DNA of 60,515 nt, filler included. It is 4 parts of 4 records of this genome, joined end to end, with 100 filler letters (N's around TTAATTAATTAA, not from the genome) between each part and the next. Parts side by side here need not be neighbours in the genome. Positions count along the whole stretch, not along the records: positions 18,210 to 26,919 come from SRR2962707_4453; positions 27,020 to 52,817 come from SRR2962707_4455; 2 more parts are not named here. The stretch is one strand, 5' to 3'. Both the position numbers and the translations under genes were made by a program. Below are positions 20,700 to 30,096 of this stretch, one piece after another (position 1 is the stretch's first letter; each line of letters opens with the position of its first letter). The notes beneath the pieces were generated by a model that was not told where the DNA came from, ran no database searches, and worked only from the letters and a program-made list of their open reading frames with translations.

Positions 20700-21182
20700 T
20701 CAACCGTGCCGCTTCAGCCGCACGATAGCCAGGTCCAGCGCCGAGAGAAAGCGAGACCGGTCCTGGCGGGAAAACGGCGCGGGCCCACCCATCTGCGCAC
20801 CCCCGGCCCTGAGGTCAGCCATGATCGAGCGTGTCGCCACTGCCATGCCGATGGAATCATGAGTGAAGGGCTTGCCGGTATGGCTCATGACGGCCGCCGC
20901 CTCGGCTTGCAGGCAGCGTTCGGCCAGCAAGATATCGGCAGTGACAACCACGGCCCGTTTCGTCACATGTTCGACGATACGGTCATCAGCCGCGTCGAAA
21001 TTGCCCGGCACGATTTCGCGCTCCACCAGCGGATCGCTCTCGATCCGGAAAAAGCTGTTGGACACAAACGTCACTTTGATGCCGTGGCGTAGCGCCACTT
21101 TGACTGCTTCCTCGCGCACCGGACAGGCGTCGGCATCAACGAGCAGGTGGATGGGAGCAGTTTCGGGGTCTGGACTGGTCAT
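20700..21182 (-). CDS. YaiI/YqxD (UPF0178) family protein
   Basis: LVDADACPV, DAADDRI, VVTADILLA, GGPAPFSRQDRSRFL. Confidence 0.93.
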   Translation of the reverse strand: MTSPDPETAPIHLLVDADACPVREEAVKVALRHGIKVTFVSNSFFRIESDPLVEREIVPGNFDAADDRIVEHVTKRAVVVTADILLAERCLQAEAAAVMSHTGKPFTHDSIGMAVATRSIMADLRAGGAQMGGPAPFSRQDRSRFLSALDLAIVRLKRHG

Positions 21183-21249
21183 GAAAGTCCAATACCCCGT
21201 GTCACCGGCTTCGCCAAGGCGGATGCGACCTTGTTTCCCGGATCTCTGC

Positions 21250-22302
21250 TCAGGCAGGTTCGGCAGCGCGCGCCAGCATGCCGAACAGGTCACGCGGATC
21301 GTCCGGATCGGCGATCATGTCGAGCTGCTGGAAATGCCCGGTCTTGAGCGCCCGTTCATAAACGTATTTCAGCGCCGAAAAATCCTCGATCGCGAAGCCG
21401 ACGCCGTCAAACAGGGTGATCTGCGAGGCTGATGTCCGCCCCTCCGCCTGGCCGGTAATCACCTGCCAGAGCTCTGTCACCGGATAGTCTTCGGGCATTT
21501 GCTGGATTTCGCCCTCAATCCGCGTCTGCGGCGGATACTCCACGAAAATGTCCGACCGCAGCAGGATATCCTTGTGCAGTTCGGTCTTGCCGGGGCAATC
21601 GCCGCCAATGGCGTTGATGTGGACACCATCGCCGATCATGTTGTCGGTCAGAATGGTGGCGTACTGCTTGTCGGCAGTGCAGGTGGTGACAATCTGCGCG
21701 CCTTCCATGGCTTGCTGTGATGATGTGCAGGAGGTCACTTTCAGGCCCGACCCGGAAAGGTTGCTCGCACACTTGGCGGTGGCGGCCGGGTCGATATCAA
21801 ACAGCCGCACCTCTTCGATGCCGACGACGGCCTTCAGCGCCAGCGCCTGGAATTCCGATTGAGCGCCATTGCCGATGATGGCCATCACCCTGGAGCCCTT
21901 CGGCGCCAGAAGTCGCGACACCATTGCAGAGGTTGCAGCCGTCCTCAGCGCCGTCAGCACGGTCATTTCCGACAACAACACCGGATAGCCGGACGAAACC
22001 TGCGCCAGCAGTCCGAAGGCAGTCACCGTCTGCAGGCCCTGTTTGGTGTTGGAGGGATGGCCGTTGACGTATTTGAAGCCGTAAAGATCACCGTCCGAGG
22101 TCGGCATCAGCTCGATCACGCCGACATCCGAATGGCTACCGACCCGCGGTGTCTTGTCAAACAGCGGCCAGCGGGTGAAATCATGCTCGATGGCGTCCGC
22201 CAGTTCCTTCAGCACGGTTTCGATGCCGATGCTGTGAACCAGCCGCATCATGTTCTCGACGCTGATAAACGGCACATAGGCCAGATGGGAAGGAGGTGTC
22301 AT
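21250..22302 (-). CDS. ocd: Ornithine cyclodeaminase
   Basis: GVIELMPTSDG, FKYVNGHP, LTALRTAATS, IGNGAQSEFQ, NAIGGDCPGKTEL, GFAIEDFSAL; downstream of arginase. Confidence 0.95.
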   Translation of the reverse strand: MTPPSHLAYVPFISVENMMRLVHSIGIETVLKELADAIEHDFTRWPLFDKTPRVGSHSDVGVIELMPTSDGDLYGFKYVNGHPSNTKQGLQTVTAFGLLAQVSSGYPVLLSEMTVLTALRTAATSAMVSRLLAPKGSRVMAIIGNGAQSEFQALALKAVVGIEEVRLFDIDPAATAKCASNLSGSGLKVTSCTSSQQAMEGAQIVTTCTADKQYATILTDNMIGDGVHINAIGGDCPGKTELHKDILLRSDIFVEYPPQTRIEGEIQQMPEDYPVTELWQVITGQAEGRTSASQITLFDGVGFAIEDFSALKYVYERALKTGHFQQLDMIADPDDPRDLFGMLARAAEPA

Positions 22303-22342
22303 GTGGTGTCTCCAGGAGTGAGGAATACTGACGTTTCGAAAA

Positions 22343-23266
22343 TCAATTGCTTCTGGTGACGCGGTCGAAAACCTTGCGCCCCATCAAGCTTGCGGTGAGG
22401 TCGACCATCAGCCGCGCGGTGCGGCCCCGCTCGTCAAGGAACGGATTGAGCTCGACCAGATCGAGCGAGCTGACCAGCCCGGATTCATGCAACATTTCCA
22501 TGACCAGATGGGCTTCGCGGAACGTCGCGCCGCCTGGAACCGTAGTGCCGACAGCCGGGGCGATGGAGGGATCGAGAAAATCGACATCAAGCGAGACATG
22601 CAGCAAGCCGTTGGCCGCCTCGACCTGATCCAGGAATGCCTTGAGCGGAGCAACAAATCCGCGTTCATCGAGTTCGCGCATGTCGACCGGTGTGATGCCA
22701 TGCTTGCGCAGTGCCTTGCGTTCATCAGTGTCGACCGAGCGGATGCCGAACAGACAGATACGGTCAGTCGCAACCGGGGCCGGGAACGGCGGAAAGGCAT
22801 CGAACTCGCCAAGTCCGGCAATGTAAGCCATCGGTGTGCCATGCAGATTGCCCGAGCGCGTCGTCATCGGCGTGTGAAAATCGCTGTGGGCGTCGAGCCA
22901 CAGCACAAACAACGGCCGTTGTTGTTGTTGGGCATGGGATGCCACACCCGCCACCGTGCCAAGCGAAAGGCTGTGATCGCCGCCAAGGAAAATCGGAAAT
23001 CCCGCCGCCATTGCCTCTTGCGCGGCTTTCGCAAGCGCCTGTGTCCAGGCAAGGGTTTCCGGCAGGTGATGCACCGCCGGGTTGGGACTGGTGGCAGCCT
23101 CCGGCGGCCGGGGTGCGACATCGCCGCGGTCATCGACCGTGCAGCCCAGCTCCTCAAGCGTGGAAGTCAGGCCTGCCACACGGTAAGACGCCGGTCCCAT
23201 CAGGCAGCCCGGATTGGATTGTCCGCTGTCGACGGGCGCGCCGACGAGAATGCAATGTTGGTTCAT
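22343..23266 (-). CDS. rocF: Arginase
   Basis: GGDHSL, WLDAHSDFHTP..SGNLHG, SLDVDFLDP, DLVELNP. Confidence 0.95.
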   Translation of the reverse strand: MNQHCILVGAPVDSGQSNPGCLMGPASYRVAGLTSTLEELGCTVDDRGDVAPRPPEAATSPNPAVHHLPETLAWTQALAKAAQEAMAAGFPIFLGGDHSLSLGTVAGVASHAQQQQRPLFVLWLDAHSDFHTPMTTRSGNLHGTPMAYIAGLGEFDAFPPFPAPVATDRICLFGIRSVDTDERKALRKHGITPVDMRELDERGFVAPLKAFLDQVEAANGLLHVSLDVDFLDPSIAPAVGTTVPGGATFREAHLVMEMLHESGLVSSLDLVELNPFLDERGRTARLMVDLTASLMGRKVFDRVTRSN

Positions 23267-23515
23267 CTGTTTCCCTCACTTCACCCGACCCGTCGCAGAG
23301 ACGGCTGGCGGTTTGAATGGGAAAATTCGTCGTTCTGGGCACCAAGACAGCGTTTGCGTCAGTTCCGGTTACCATTTTGGCAAGTGCTGCATGCCTGAAG
23401 TCCGCAAATCGACGTCGATCCGGTCTCATGAAGGCGAATGCTTTGCGCTTTGCGCAGAAGGGGTGTTTGATTATGGTCAAATCGGAAAATCAATCGACCA
23501 GATCGGAAAACGTAT

Positions 23516-23959
23516 ATGTCAGCCTTGGATGATATCGATATTCGTCTGATCGCGGCACTCAGGCGCGACGGTCGGGCTTCCATTTCCGATCTTGCCGTTA
23601 AACTGAAGCTGGCCCGCGCCACCGTGCGCAGCCGCATCGAGCGTCTGGTGGCAAGTGGTGAAATCGCCGGGTTCTCGGTTCTGACCCGGGCGGATGTCAC
23701 CGCAGCACCGGTCCGCGGACTGACCCTGGTCTGCATTGAGGGCAGGGGCACGGAACGGATCACCGCGCTATTGCAGGGTCTGCCCGCCGTGCAGGCCATC
23801 CACTCGACCAATGGGCGCTGGGATCTGATCATCGATCTGGCCACAGACACCCTGCAGCAACTCGATGACACGCTGGTTCGTATACGCAAGATCGACGGCA
23901 TCACCTCGAGCGAAACCAATCTGATCCTGTCGACCCGGCGTCCCTCGACCCGGCGATGA
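23516..23959 (+). CDS. Lrp/AsnC-family regulator, divergent from the arginase operon
   Basis: LDDIDIRLIAALRRDGRASISDLA..ARATVRSRIERL HTH; GRWDL. Confidence 0.93.
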   Translation: MSALDDIDIRLIAALRRDGRASISDLAVKLKLARATVRSRIERLVASGEIAGFSVLTRADVTAAPVRGLTLVCIEGRGTERITALLQGLPAVQAIHSTNGRWDLIIDLATDTLQQLDDTLVRIRKIDGITSSETNLILSTRRPSTRR

Positions 23960-24110
23960 GACCCGATTCTTGTGCAGGGAAAGCCAAAGCCGGGCGATGG
24001 AACCTTTGCACGGCTGCCGCATTGGATCTGACAACGGGCGCTTCACGCAGTGAGTAGGCGCGATGATGCCTGCATGTGTTTCATCTCAAGTTCCAGGAAG
24101 GGTAGCGGTC

Positions 24111-24359
24111 ATGGCTCATCAGGATGTAAAAGCCGATATTCAGAAAATTCTCGACAACACAGAGCTTGCCACACCCGAAAAGGTGTCGCAGCTTGAGTAT
24201 ATGCGCGAAGGCGCCCGTCAGGAGATGCGGGCAGCCACGGAAAGCGCAATGGTCAATGACAGTGACGTCGGAGACGATCTCAAGCTTCTCGACCAGGTGC
24301 TCGATGATCTGGCCGCGCAACCCGCATCTATCGAAGATGGCGGCGGCGCTACGTTATAA
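24111..24359 (+). CDS. Small acidic hypothetical protein (82 aa)
   Basis: ATG preceded by AGGAAGGG RBS-like motif; fills an intergenic gap; no recognised motif. Confidence 0.55.
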   Translation: MAHQDVKADIQKILDNTELATPEKVSQLEYMREGARQEMRAATESAMVNDSDVGDDLKLLDQVLDDLAAQPASIEDGGGATL

Positions 24360-24442
24360 AACGCGAACGCCCGGCCGCCATCGGCTGCAATTCCGATGTT
24401 TATTGAAGAGGCCTTGCTCCGCTGAGTGATTAAGGCCGCGCC

Positions 24443-25219
24443 TTAAAAGCCGATATCAAAGCGGCGCACGATGCCGAACGAGGCGCTGTACTGGTTCTTC
24501 GAACCCTGCGCAGTGATCGGGGAGTTGGCAGCATCACCGGTCAGCCGCGACCAGCCTGCTCCCGCCTCAACCGCCCAGTTCTTGTCGACCTGAAACCGCA
24601 CTCCGGCTTCCAGGCCGGCACTGTACAGTCCACCGGACGTCGTCGTTGTCGGGTACAGGATGGATGCTTCCGCCGCAGTGACGCCGAAATAGGTGTTGGT
24701 GAACTTGCTGCTGCCGAAGTTCAGCCGCGGACCGCCATGAAAGGTCCACTGCTCGTCGGGCTTGAAGATGGCATCCGCACCAAGCTCGGCACGAATACCC
24801 TTGTGGCCACCAAATCCCTGCCGTACGGCACCCATGACCCGGAAATTGCCCATCTGATATTTCGCTGCGACGCCCAGTTCGACGGCGGTATCAATGGTAT
24901 TGAGACCTGTCAGTTCAGGGGAGTCCGAGACCGACCGCTTACCGATCACGTCAATCGACGGGCTGAGCGAGAAGCCTTCATCCGATCCGCCACCGATGGT
25001 GAAGCCGTTGGGAAATTCCAGGCGCTTCAGCCTGATCAGGGGAACAGGTGACAGAACCAGCTTGCTGGCGCCGAAATAGCGCGGTGTCACCTTGCCGGCG
25101 ACGCCCAGCTCAAACGAGATCCCCGGACCGCTTGCATCCTGCGCGTAAGCCTGCGGCACGAAAGCAGCGAAGCTGGCGGCTACGAGCGGTGCAACGGTGA
25201 AACGAAGGGCTTTGATCAT
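24443..25219 (-). CDS. MipA/OmpV-family outer-membrane protein
   Basis: Signal peptide ending AYA, PRYFGAS, GPRL..S..F..TYFGVT, RLTGDAANSPIT, C-terminal Phe. Confidence 0.9.
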   Translation of the reverse strand: MIKALRFTVAPLVAASFAAFVPQAYAQDASGPGISFELGVAGKVTPRYFGASKLVLSPVPLIRLKRLEFPNGFTIGGGSDEGFSLSPSIDVIGKRSVSDSPELTGLNTIDTAVELGVAAKYQMGNFRVMGAVRQGFGGHKGIRAELGADAIFKPDEQWTFHGGPRLNFGSSKFTNTYFGVTAAEASILYPTTTTSGGLYSAGLEAGVRFQVDKNWAVEAGAGWSRLTGDAANSPITAQGSKNQYSASFGIVRRFDIGF

Positions 25220-25470
25220 CGGTAGGGTCCAAGTGACGGAGTACAATTTGATGCCAGTCATCATAATTTGCCGGAGTTAACAACCCTGCACCCGGGAACA
25301 AATACAGGCGGATCTGGCCGGTATCCCCTGAAAAACATCCCGTGATGCAATTTTGTACCGCACATCCCATCATGACTGGATTGATGTGTAAGTGCTTTAC
25401 GCACGTGCACCTCGATCAGATCAGCAAAACCGGGTTCAAGTTTCTGCCTCTTGCCACCATAATCCATATG

Positions 25471-25485
25471 TGAATATATTATTCA
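25471..25485. promoter_or_regulatory. Palindromic operator candidate (IclR-like), probably for the CoA-transferase gene
   Basis: TGAATA-TAT-TATTCA perfect inverted repeat in an AT-rich patch of the divergent intergenic region. Confidence 0.45.
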
Positions 25486-25731
25486 AATAGGAATTCAGGG
25501 AGGAGTTCTGGCGATATTGGAGGAGCCACGTTCGCGGCAACAGCAGCGCGTTACTTGCCTGCAGGGGCCGCCAATCGGTTTTGCAAGGCGCCATCAATCT
25601 CGAATTCGAAAAACCAATCCGGCTTGCAAGTCGTCCAGAGTGAGCCGGGTCCGTCCCGCCGCTGCGGACACATCCAGGCCGCGCAACACGAAATCCCCGG
25701 CAGATCCAGCCGGCAAGACCGAAAAGAACCC

Positions 25732-26892
25732 ATGACTACAGATACCGACCTGCCACTCGCCGGCCTTGTCATACTCGATATGAGCCAGTTTCTGTCCGGG
25801 CCCTATGCGACATTGCGGCTTCAGGATTTAGGCGCGCGCGTCATCAAGATCGAACGTCCGGGGGCAGGGGATCTTTCACGCACTCTTTATCTCAGTGATA
25901 CCGAAATCGGCGGTGATTCAACCATCTTTCACGCCATCAATCGTGGCAAGGAAAGTCTCGCCATCGATCTCAAGAATGAGGCAGATCTCGAGATGCTGCG
26001 CAGCCTGCTTGGCAAGGTCGATGTGCTGGTGCAGAATTTCCGTCCCGGCGTGATTGAACGCCTTGGCCTCGACTACGAGACTGTTCGCGCCATCAACCCG
26101 AAACTGGTCTACGCATCAATCAGCGGCTATGGCGATGAAGGGCCGTGGGTCAAGCGGCCGGGGCAGGATCTGCTCGCCCAGGCCCGCTCAGGCGTGATGT
26201 GGCTCAGTGGCAATGACGGCGACGGCCCCGTGCCCATGGGATTGGCAGTCGGCGACATGCTGGCCGGTGCTGCTACCGCGCAGGGAATTCTGGCAGCGCT
26301 GGTCAAGCGCGGCATTTCCGGACGCGGCAGTCACGTCGAGACCAGTCTGCTTGAAGTGCTGGTCGACTTCCAGTTCGAGGTCCTCACCACCTATCTCAAT
26401 GATGGGAAACGGATGCCCAAGCGCTCGGGTTTCCGCAGTGCGCACGCCTATCTGTCTGCTCCTTACGGTGTCTATGAGGCGAGTGATGGCTTTCTCGCCA
26501 TCGCCATGACCCCGATCCCGCGCCTGCAGCAGCTCTTGCAGATCGAAGAACTGGCACAATACAGCGACGATCCCAAATCCTGGTTCAGCTCTCGTGACGA
26601 GATCAAGCGTCTGATTGCCAACAGGATCAAGACGGGAACCGTGGATGAATGGCTGGCGATCCTGGAGCCGGCGGACATCTGGTGTTCGCGTGTCCTCGAC
26701 TGGGACGACCTGATGGCAAGTGAAGGCTTCGAAGTGCTCGATATGCTGCAGCGGGTTGAACGCGACGACGACGTGTCGATCATGACGACCCGCTCCCCGA
26801 TCCGCGTCAACGGCAAGCGGCCGACAACAAGCCGGGCAGCGCCACGCGTTGGAGAGCACACTGCCGCGATCAGGGCCGAGTTCAAGGTTTAA
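25732..26892 (+). CDS. CaiB/BaiF family III CoA-transferase
   Basis: PLAGLVILD..LSGPYA..LGARVIKIERP, NRGKESLAIDLK, DVLVQNFRPG, SISGYG..GP..RPGQDLLAQ, APRVGEHT. Confidence 0.95.
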   Translation: MTTDTDLPLAGLVILDMSQFLSGPYATLRLQDLGARVIKIERPGAGDLSRTLYLSDTEIGGDSTIFHAINRGKESLAIDLKNEADLEMLRSLLGKVDVLVQNFRPGVIERLGLDYETVRAINPKLVYASISGYGDEGPWVKRPGQDLLAQARSGVMWLSGNDGDGPVPMGLAVGDMLAGAATAQGILAALVKRGISGRGSHVETSLLEVLVDFQFEVLTTYLNDGKRMPKRSGFRSAHAYLSAPYGVYEASDGFLAIAMTPIPRLQQLLQIEELAQYSDDPKSWFSSRDEIKRLIANRIKTGTVDEWLAILEPADIWCSRVLDWDDLMASEGFEVLDMLQRVERDDDVSIMTTRSPIRVNGKRPTTSRAAPRVGEHTAAIRAEFKV

Positions 26893-26919
26893 AGCGTGTT
26901 CCGAAAAGTGGGAACCGGT
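26893..26919 (+). repeat. Start of a Rhizobiales-type palindromic intergenic repeat (Bru-RS/RIME-like), cut by contig end
   Basis: AGCGTGTTCCGAAAAGTGGGAACCGGT right after a stop codon resembles the widespread ..AAAAGTGG..CCGGTTTT.. rhizobial repeat; recalled, not searched. Confidence 0.5.
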
Positions 26920-27019
26920 NNNNNNNNNNNNNNNNNNNNNNNNNNNNNNNNNNNNNNNNNNNNTTAATTAATTAANNNNNNNNNNNNNNNNNNNNNNNNN
27001 NNNNNNNNNNNNNNNNNNN
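26920..27019. other. Artificial contig spacer (N44-TTAATTAATTAA-N44)
   Basis: Same linker as at 18110. Confidence 0.98.
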
Positions 27020-27651
27020 TCCAGCGCCACTCCGGTGAGCCACTCATCCGATAGCGTAGTGCGCAACACGATGCGATGGTCATCCAGCAGAGCCGCGTCC
27101 TGGAAATAAAAGCGTTGGCCGGTGAGCGGATAAAGTGCTTTGAACAGCGCCTCCTTCACCGAGAAAGTGAGAGAAACGCGGCGCGCCTGTTGTTCCTGAT
27201 CCAGATCCGACAGCGCCTCGATCTCCGCCTCCGTCAGCAATTGCTCGCGCAGTTTCAGCGCCCGTTGCGGGGCGATCCACGCTTCCGCGTCCAGGCCGAC
27301 GCCACGCCAACGCCTTCGATCGGCCACTAATGCCGCCGCCCGGCCCTGGGCGTGGGTGATGGCCCCGCATACCGCCTGTGGCCAAACCGGTGCCCGGTCC
27401 TCCCCGTAGCCGGGCAAGGCGGGTTCTCGGGTGATGGCCTCGATGGCGGCTCTGGCGCAGCATCGCCCCGCCAGATATTCGGCCAGACGCTTCTCCACCG
27501 CGCCTTGCAAGGACGCCGGCAGCGGCACTGCCTGATGTTCAAAATCTTCCAGCCGGGTCCGTTCCGGATAATAGCCGCCGCTGGCCAGACACAGGCCCTC
27601 TTCCCAGTGCTCTAGTTGAATAGGGTCCAGGCTGGACACGGATTCGGGCAT
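27020..27651 (-). CDS. 4'-phosphopantetheinyl transferase (EntD/Sfp type), 3' end cut by contig end
   Basis: AVEKRLAEYLAGR, APVWP..GAITH, GVGLDAE, FSVKEALFKA. Confidence 0.92.
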
Positions 27652-27714
27652 AACGCGGTGCTCGCTGACGGGGTCTTTATACTGGCGTCTGCCCGCGATG
27701 TCGGCAAGTCCGGC

Positions 27715-28041
27715 TCAACGCGGCGGGCGTTGCGGCTTGACGCCACTTCCCAGCGCGTTACCCATACGATTGCGCAATGCCGACTGATTGAACTGTCCGG
27801 TCCGGTTGGGCGGCAGGCGGGTGACGTCAGCGGAGTCCAGCGCCGGATTATCCCGTTTGGCCGCCTCGGGAACGGCCGCCGGCATCATCTTCCGCTGCAG
27901 GCAGTCGTAGGGCAGGGCGCGATGGCCGTTCACCTCCACTTCCACACAGGAAGGCTCATCGGCCTCGGACGCGGGCGCTTCCGCCGCGTGTAGCGCTGGC
28001 GCCATCAGTACCAGCCATCCCATGCCTATCCAGTGCTTCAT
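27715..28041 (-). CDS. Small exported conserved hypothetical protein (resembles P. aeruginosa PA0700-type proteins)
   Basis: Signal peptide ending LHA; CVEVEVNG..YDCL Cys pair; FNQSA..NRMGN..PQRP C-terminus; family link recalled from this gene cluster type. Confidence 0.7.
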   Translation of the reverse strand: MKHWIGMGWLVLMAPALHAAEAPASEADEPSCVEVEVNGHRALPYDCLQRKMMPAAVPEAAKRDNPALDSADVTRLPPNRTGQFNQSALRNRMGNALGSGVKPQRPPR

Positions 28042-28085
28042 GTCGTTTCCGTTTTTGATCGGTGAGAGTACCCGCTGCCAGGAGA

Positions 28086-28123
28086 ATGAAAACGCGGTGG
28101 TTTTTCAGTGAATTTTTCATGAC
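28086..28123 (-). promoter_or_regulatory. pho-box-like 11-bp-period direct-repeat array
   Basis: Minus strand GTCAT-gaaaaa-TTCAC-tgaaaa-ACCAC-cgcgtt-TTCAT: four half-site-like units at exact 11-bp spacing, 45-80 bp upstream of the 28041 start. Confidence 0.6.
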
Positions 28124-28233
28124 GAGCCACTCTGGCCCTCGCTATTTCCCTCCAGCCCTGTTCTGACGCTGTCCCGGCATCGGTCAAGCACCTTCGACTA
28201 GCCACCTTTTTGCTGTAGCAACGCGGTCTTTCC

Positions 28234-28281
28234 GTGAATTTTTGGTGACAACGGTTCGGTTCCGACGGACTCCCGCCATCT
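28234..28281 (+). promoter_or_regulatory. Putative PhoB + ECF-sigma promoter of the tpsB-exbBD operon
   Basis: GTGAA(28234)-N6-GTGAC(28245)-N7-CGGT(28257)-N16-CATCT(28277); identical spacing upstream of the TpsA gene. Confidence 0.6.
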
Positions 28282-28405
28282 AGAGAGTGTTAACTGGATC
28301 ACCGTATTTGCCGCGGTGTGTTTCGGGGTTGTGGTTCGTGGTTACCAGAGTTGTCCACGGTGATGCTGGCCACCGGTCCATGTATGTGTTTGCAGAGTCG
28401 AGTCA

Positions 28406-30037
28406 ATGCGTGACGCCAACAGAATGAGTGGAATGGCCTGGTTTTTGGGGGGAATGTTCGTGGCAGCCATGACTTTGACATCGTCACTTCATGCTCAACA
28501 AGACGCCACCGGCCATGAGGATCGTACAGAGGCGCCGGCGGAGGCGCCGGGAACGGTGACCATCAATGAGTACATCGTGCGTGGTAACACGGTTTTGGAA
28601 GCGCGTGACATCGAGAAGGCGGTGTACCCCTTTCTCGGGCCGGAACGAAGCCTGGAAGACATCCAGAGCGCGCAAAAAGCTCTGCAAAAAGTATATCAGG
28701 ACAAAGGGTATCAATCCGTTTATGTGGAGTTGCCGGAGCAGCGGGTCAGTGGCGGCGTGGTCTATCTCCAGGTGATCGAAGTCACCGTGGGGCGGGTGCG
28801 CGTGGTCGGCGCCGAGTACCACTCCCCGCTGAAAATCCGCGAGGAAGTGACGGCACTGCGGGAAGGCGTGGTGCCCAATTTCGAACTGGTGCAGGAAGAT
28901 TTGACCAAGGTGAACCGCACCGGCAAGCGGCAGGTAATGCCGGTGGTCAAGGAAGGCGCCATTCCCGGCACCATGGATGTGGACCTGGCCGTGGAGGATC
29001 AGACGCCTTGGAACGGCAGCCTGACCTTGAACAACGATTACAGCGCCGACACCGAAAAACTGCGTACCATCGCCACCCTCGGGCATTCCAACTTGTGGCA
29101 ACGGGGACACAGCATGTCCCTGACCCTGTTCACCGCGCCGGAGAATACCGATAACGCCGAGGTTTGGTCGTTGAGTTACGGCATGCCGCTGTCCGAGCGC
29201 TGGTCCCTGCGCTTCTCCGGTTATACCTCCGACAGTGACGTCAATACCGTGGGCGGCACCAGCGTGTTGGGGCAAGGACTATCCTACGGTGTTTCCGCCA
29301 CCTACAACATTCCGTTCGACGGCACCTGGGGGCATTCCCTCTCCCTCGGCGTTGATTTCAAGGACTTCGATGAGTCGCTGGAATTCGGCGACGCCGAGGA
29401 CACCATCCCCCTGAAATACGCGCCTTTTACCTTTGGCTATAACGGCTACTACTACACCGAAAAAAATCAGGGCTCGATCAATCTGACCCTGGTTACCGCC
29501 ACCAATGAGTTCCCCGGCAACAGCAGCGGCTGGGAAGAGTTCGATTACAAACGGTACCGGGCCAAACCGGATTTCGCCGTGATCAGGGCCGAGGCCAGCA
29601 ACGAGAGGCTGCTGGGCGAGTGGGGGCTGGCGACAAAACTAAGCGCGCAGATGGCGTCCGGCTCCCTGGTTTCCAACGAGCAGTTCGCGGTGGGGGGCGC
29701 CGGCACGGTTCGGGGTTATCTGTCCGCGGAGCAATCCGCCGACGACGGTGTGCTGGCCAGTATTGAGCTGCGCACACCTTCCATCGCCGAGTGGCTGGGG
29801 TCGCCCTGGAGTCTGGTGCGCGCCCATGTCTTCGGTGAAGGCGCCCATCTGACACTGCAAAACCCATTGCCGGAGCAGGACGATGAATTCGACCTGGCCA
29901 GTGTCGGCGTTGGGCTGCGGGCGGAGATCGGTGCCTGGTTGAGCGGACGGCTGGATCTGGGGTACCCGCTTACCGACGCGGAAAACACGGAAAAACACGA
30001 CCCCAGATTGCATTTCAGTATTACCGCCAGTTTCTGA
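28406..30037 (+). CDS. ShlB/FhaC/HecB-family two-partner secretion pore (TpsB; PdtB-like)
   Basis: Signal peptide, POTRA (YIVRGNTVL..AVYPFLG..YQDKGY), NLWQRGH, EQFAVGGAGTVRGY loop-6 motif, C-terminal ..ITASF. Confidence 0.93.
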   Translation: MRDANRMSGMAWFLGGMFVAAMTLTSSLHAQQDATGHEDRTEAPAEAPGTVTINEYIVRGNTVLEARDIEKAVYPFLGPERSLEDIQSAQKALQKVYQDKGYQSVYVELPEQRVSGGVVYLQVIEVTVGRVRVVGAEYHSPLKIREEVTALREGVVPNFELVQEDLTKVNRTGKRQVMPVVKEGAIPGTMDVDLAVEDQTPWNGSLTLNNDYSADTEKLRTIATLGHSNLWQRGHSMSLTLFTAPENTDNAEVWSLSYGMPLSERWSLRFSGYTSDSDVNTVGGTSVLGQGLSYGVSATYNIPFDGTWGHSLSLGVDFKDFDESLEFGDAEDTIPLKYAPFTFGYNGYYYTEKNQGSINLTLVTATNEFPGNSSGWEEFDYKRYRAKPDFAVIRAEASNERLLGEWGLATKLSAQMASGSLVSNEQFAVGGAGTVRGYLSAEQSADDGVLASIELRTPSIAEWLGSPWSLVRAHVFGEGAHLTLQNPLPEQDDEFDLASVGVGLRAEIGAWLSGRLDLGYPLTDAENTEKHDPRLHFSITASF

Positions 30038-30096
30038 ACAGAACCAAGGACGTCCCCAAGGGCGACCAAACAGCTTGTTTTTCGGAGTGTCTGATC

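Noticed and set aside
26968-27019. ORF track extends the PPTase into X residues
   Set aside because: The extension runs into the N spacer; the real 3' end is missing.
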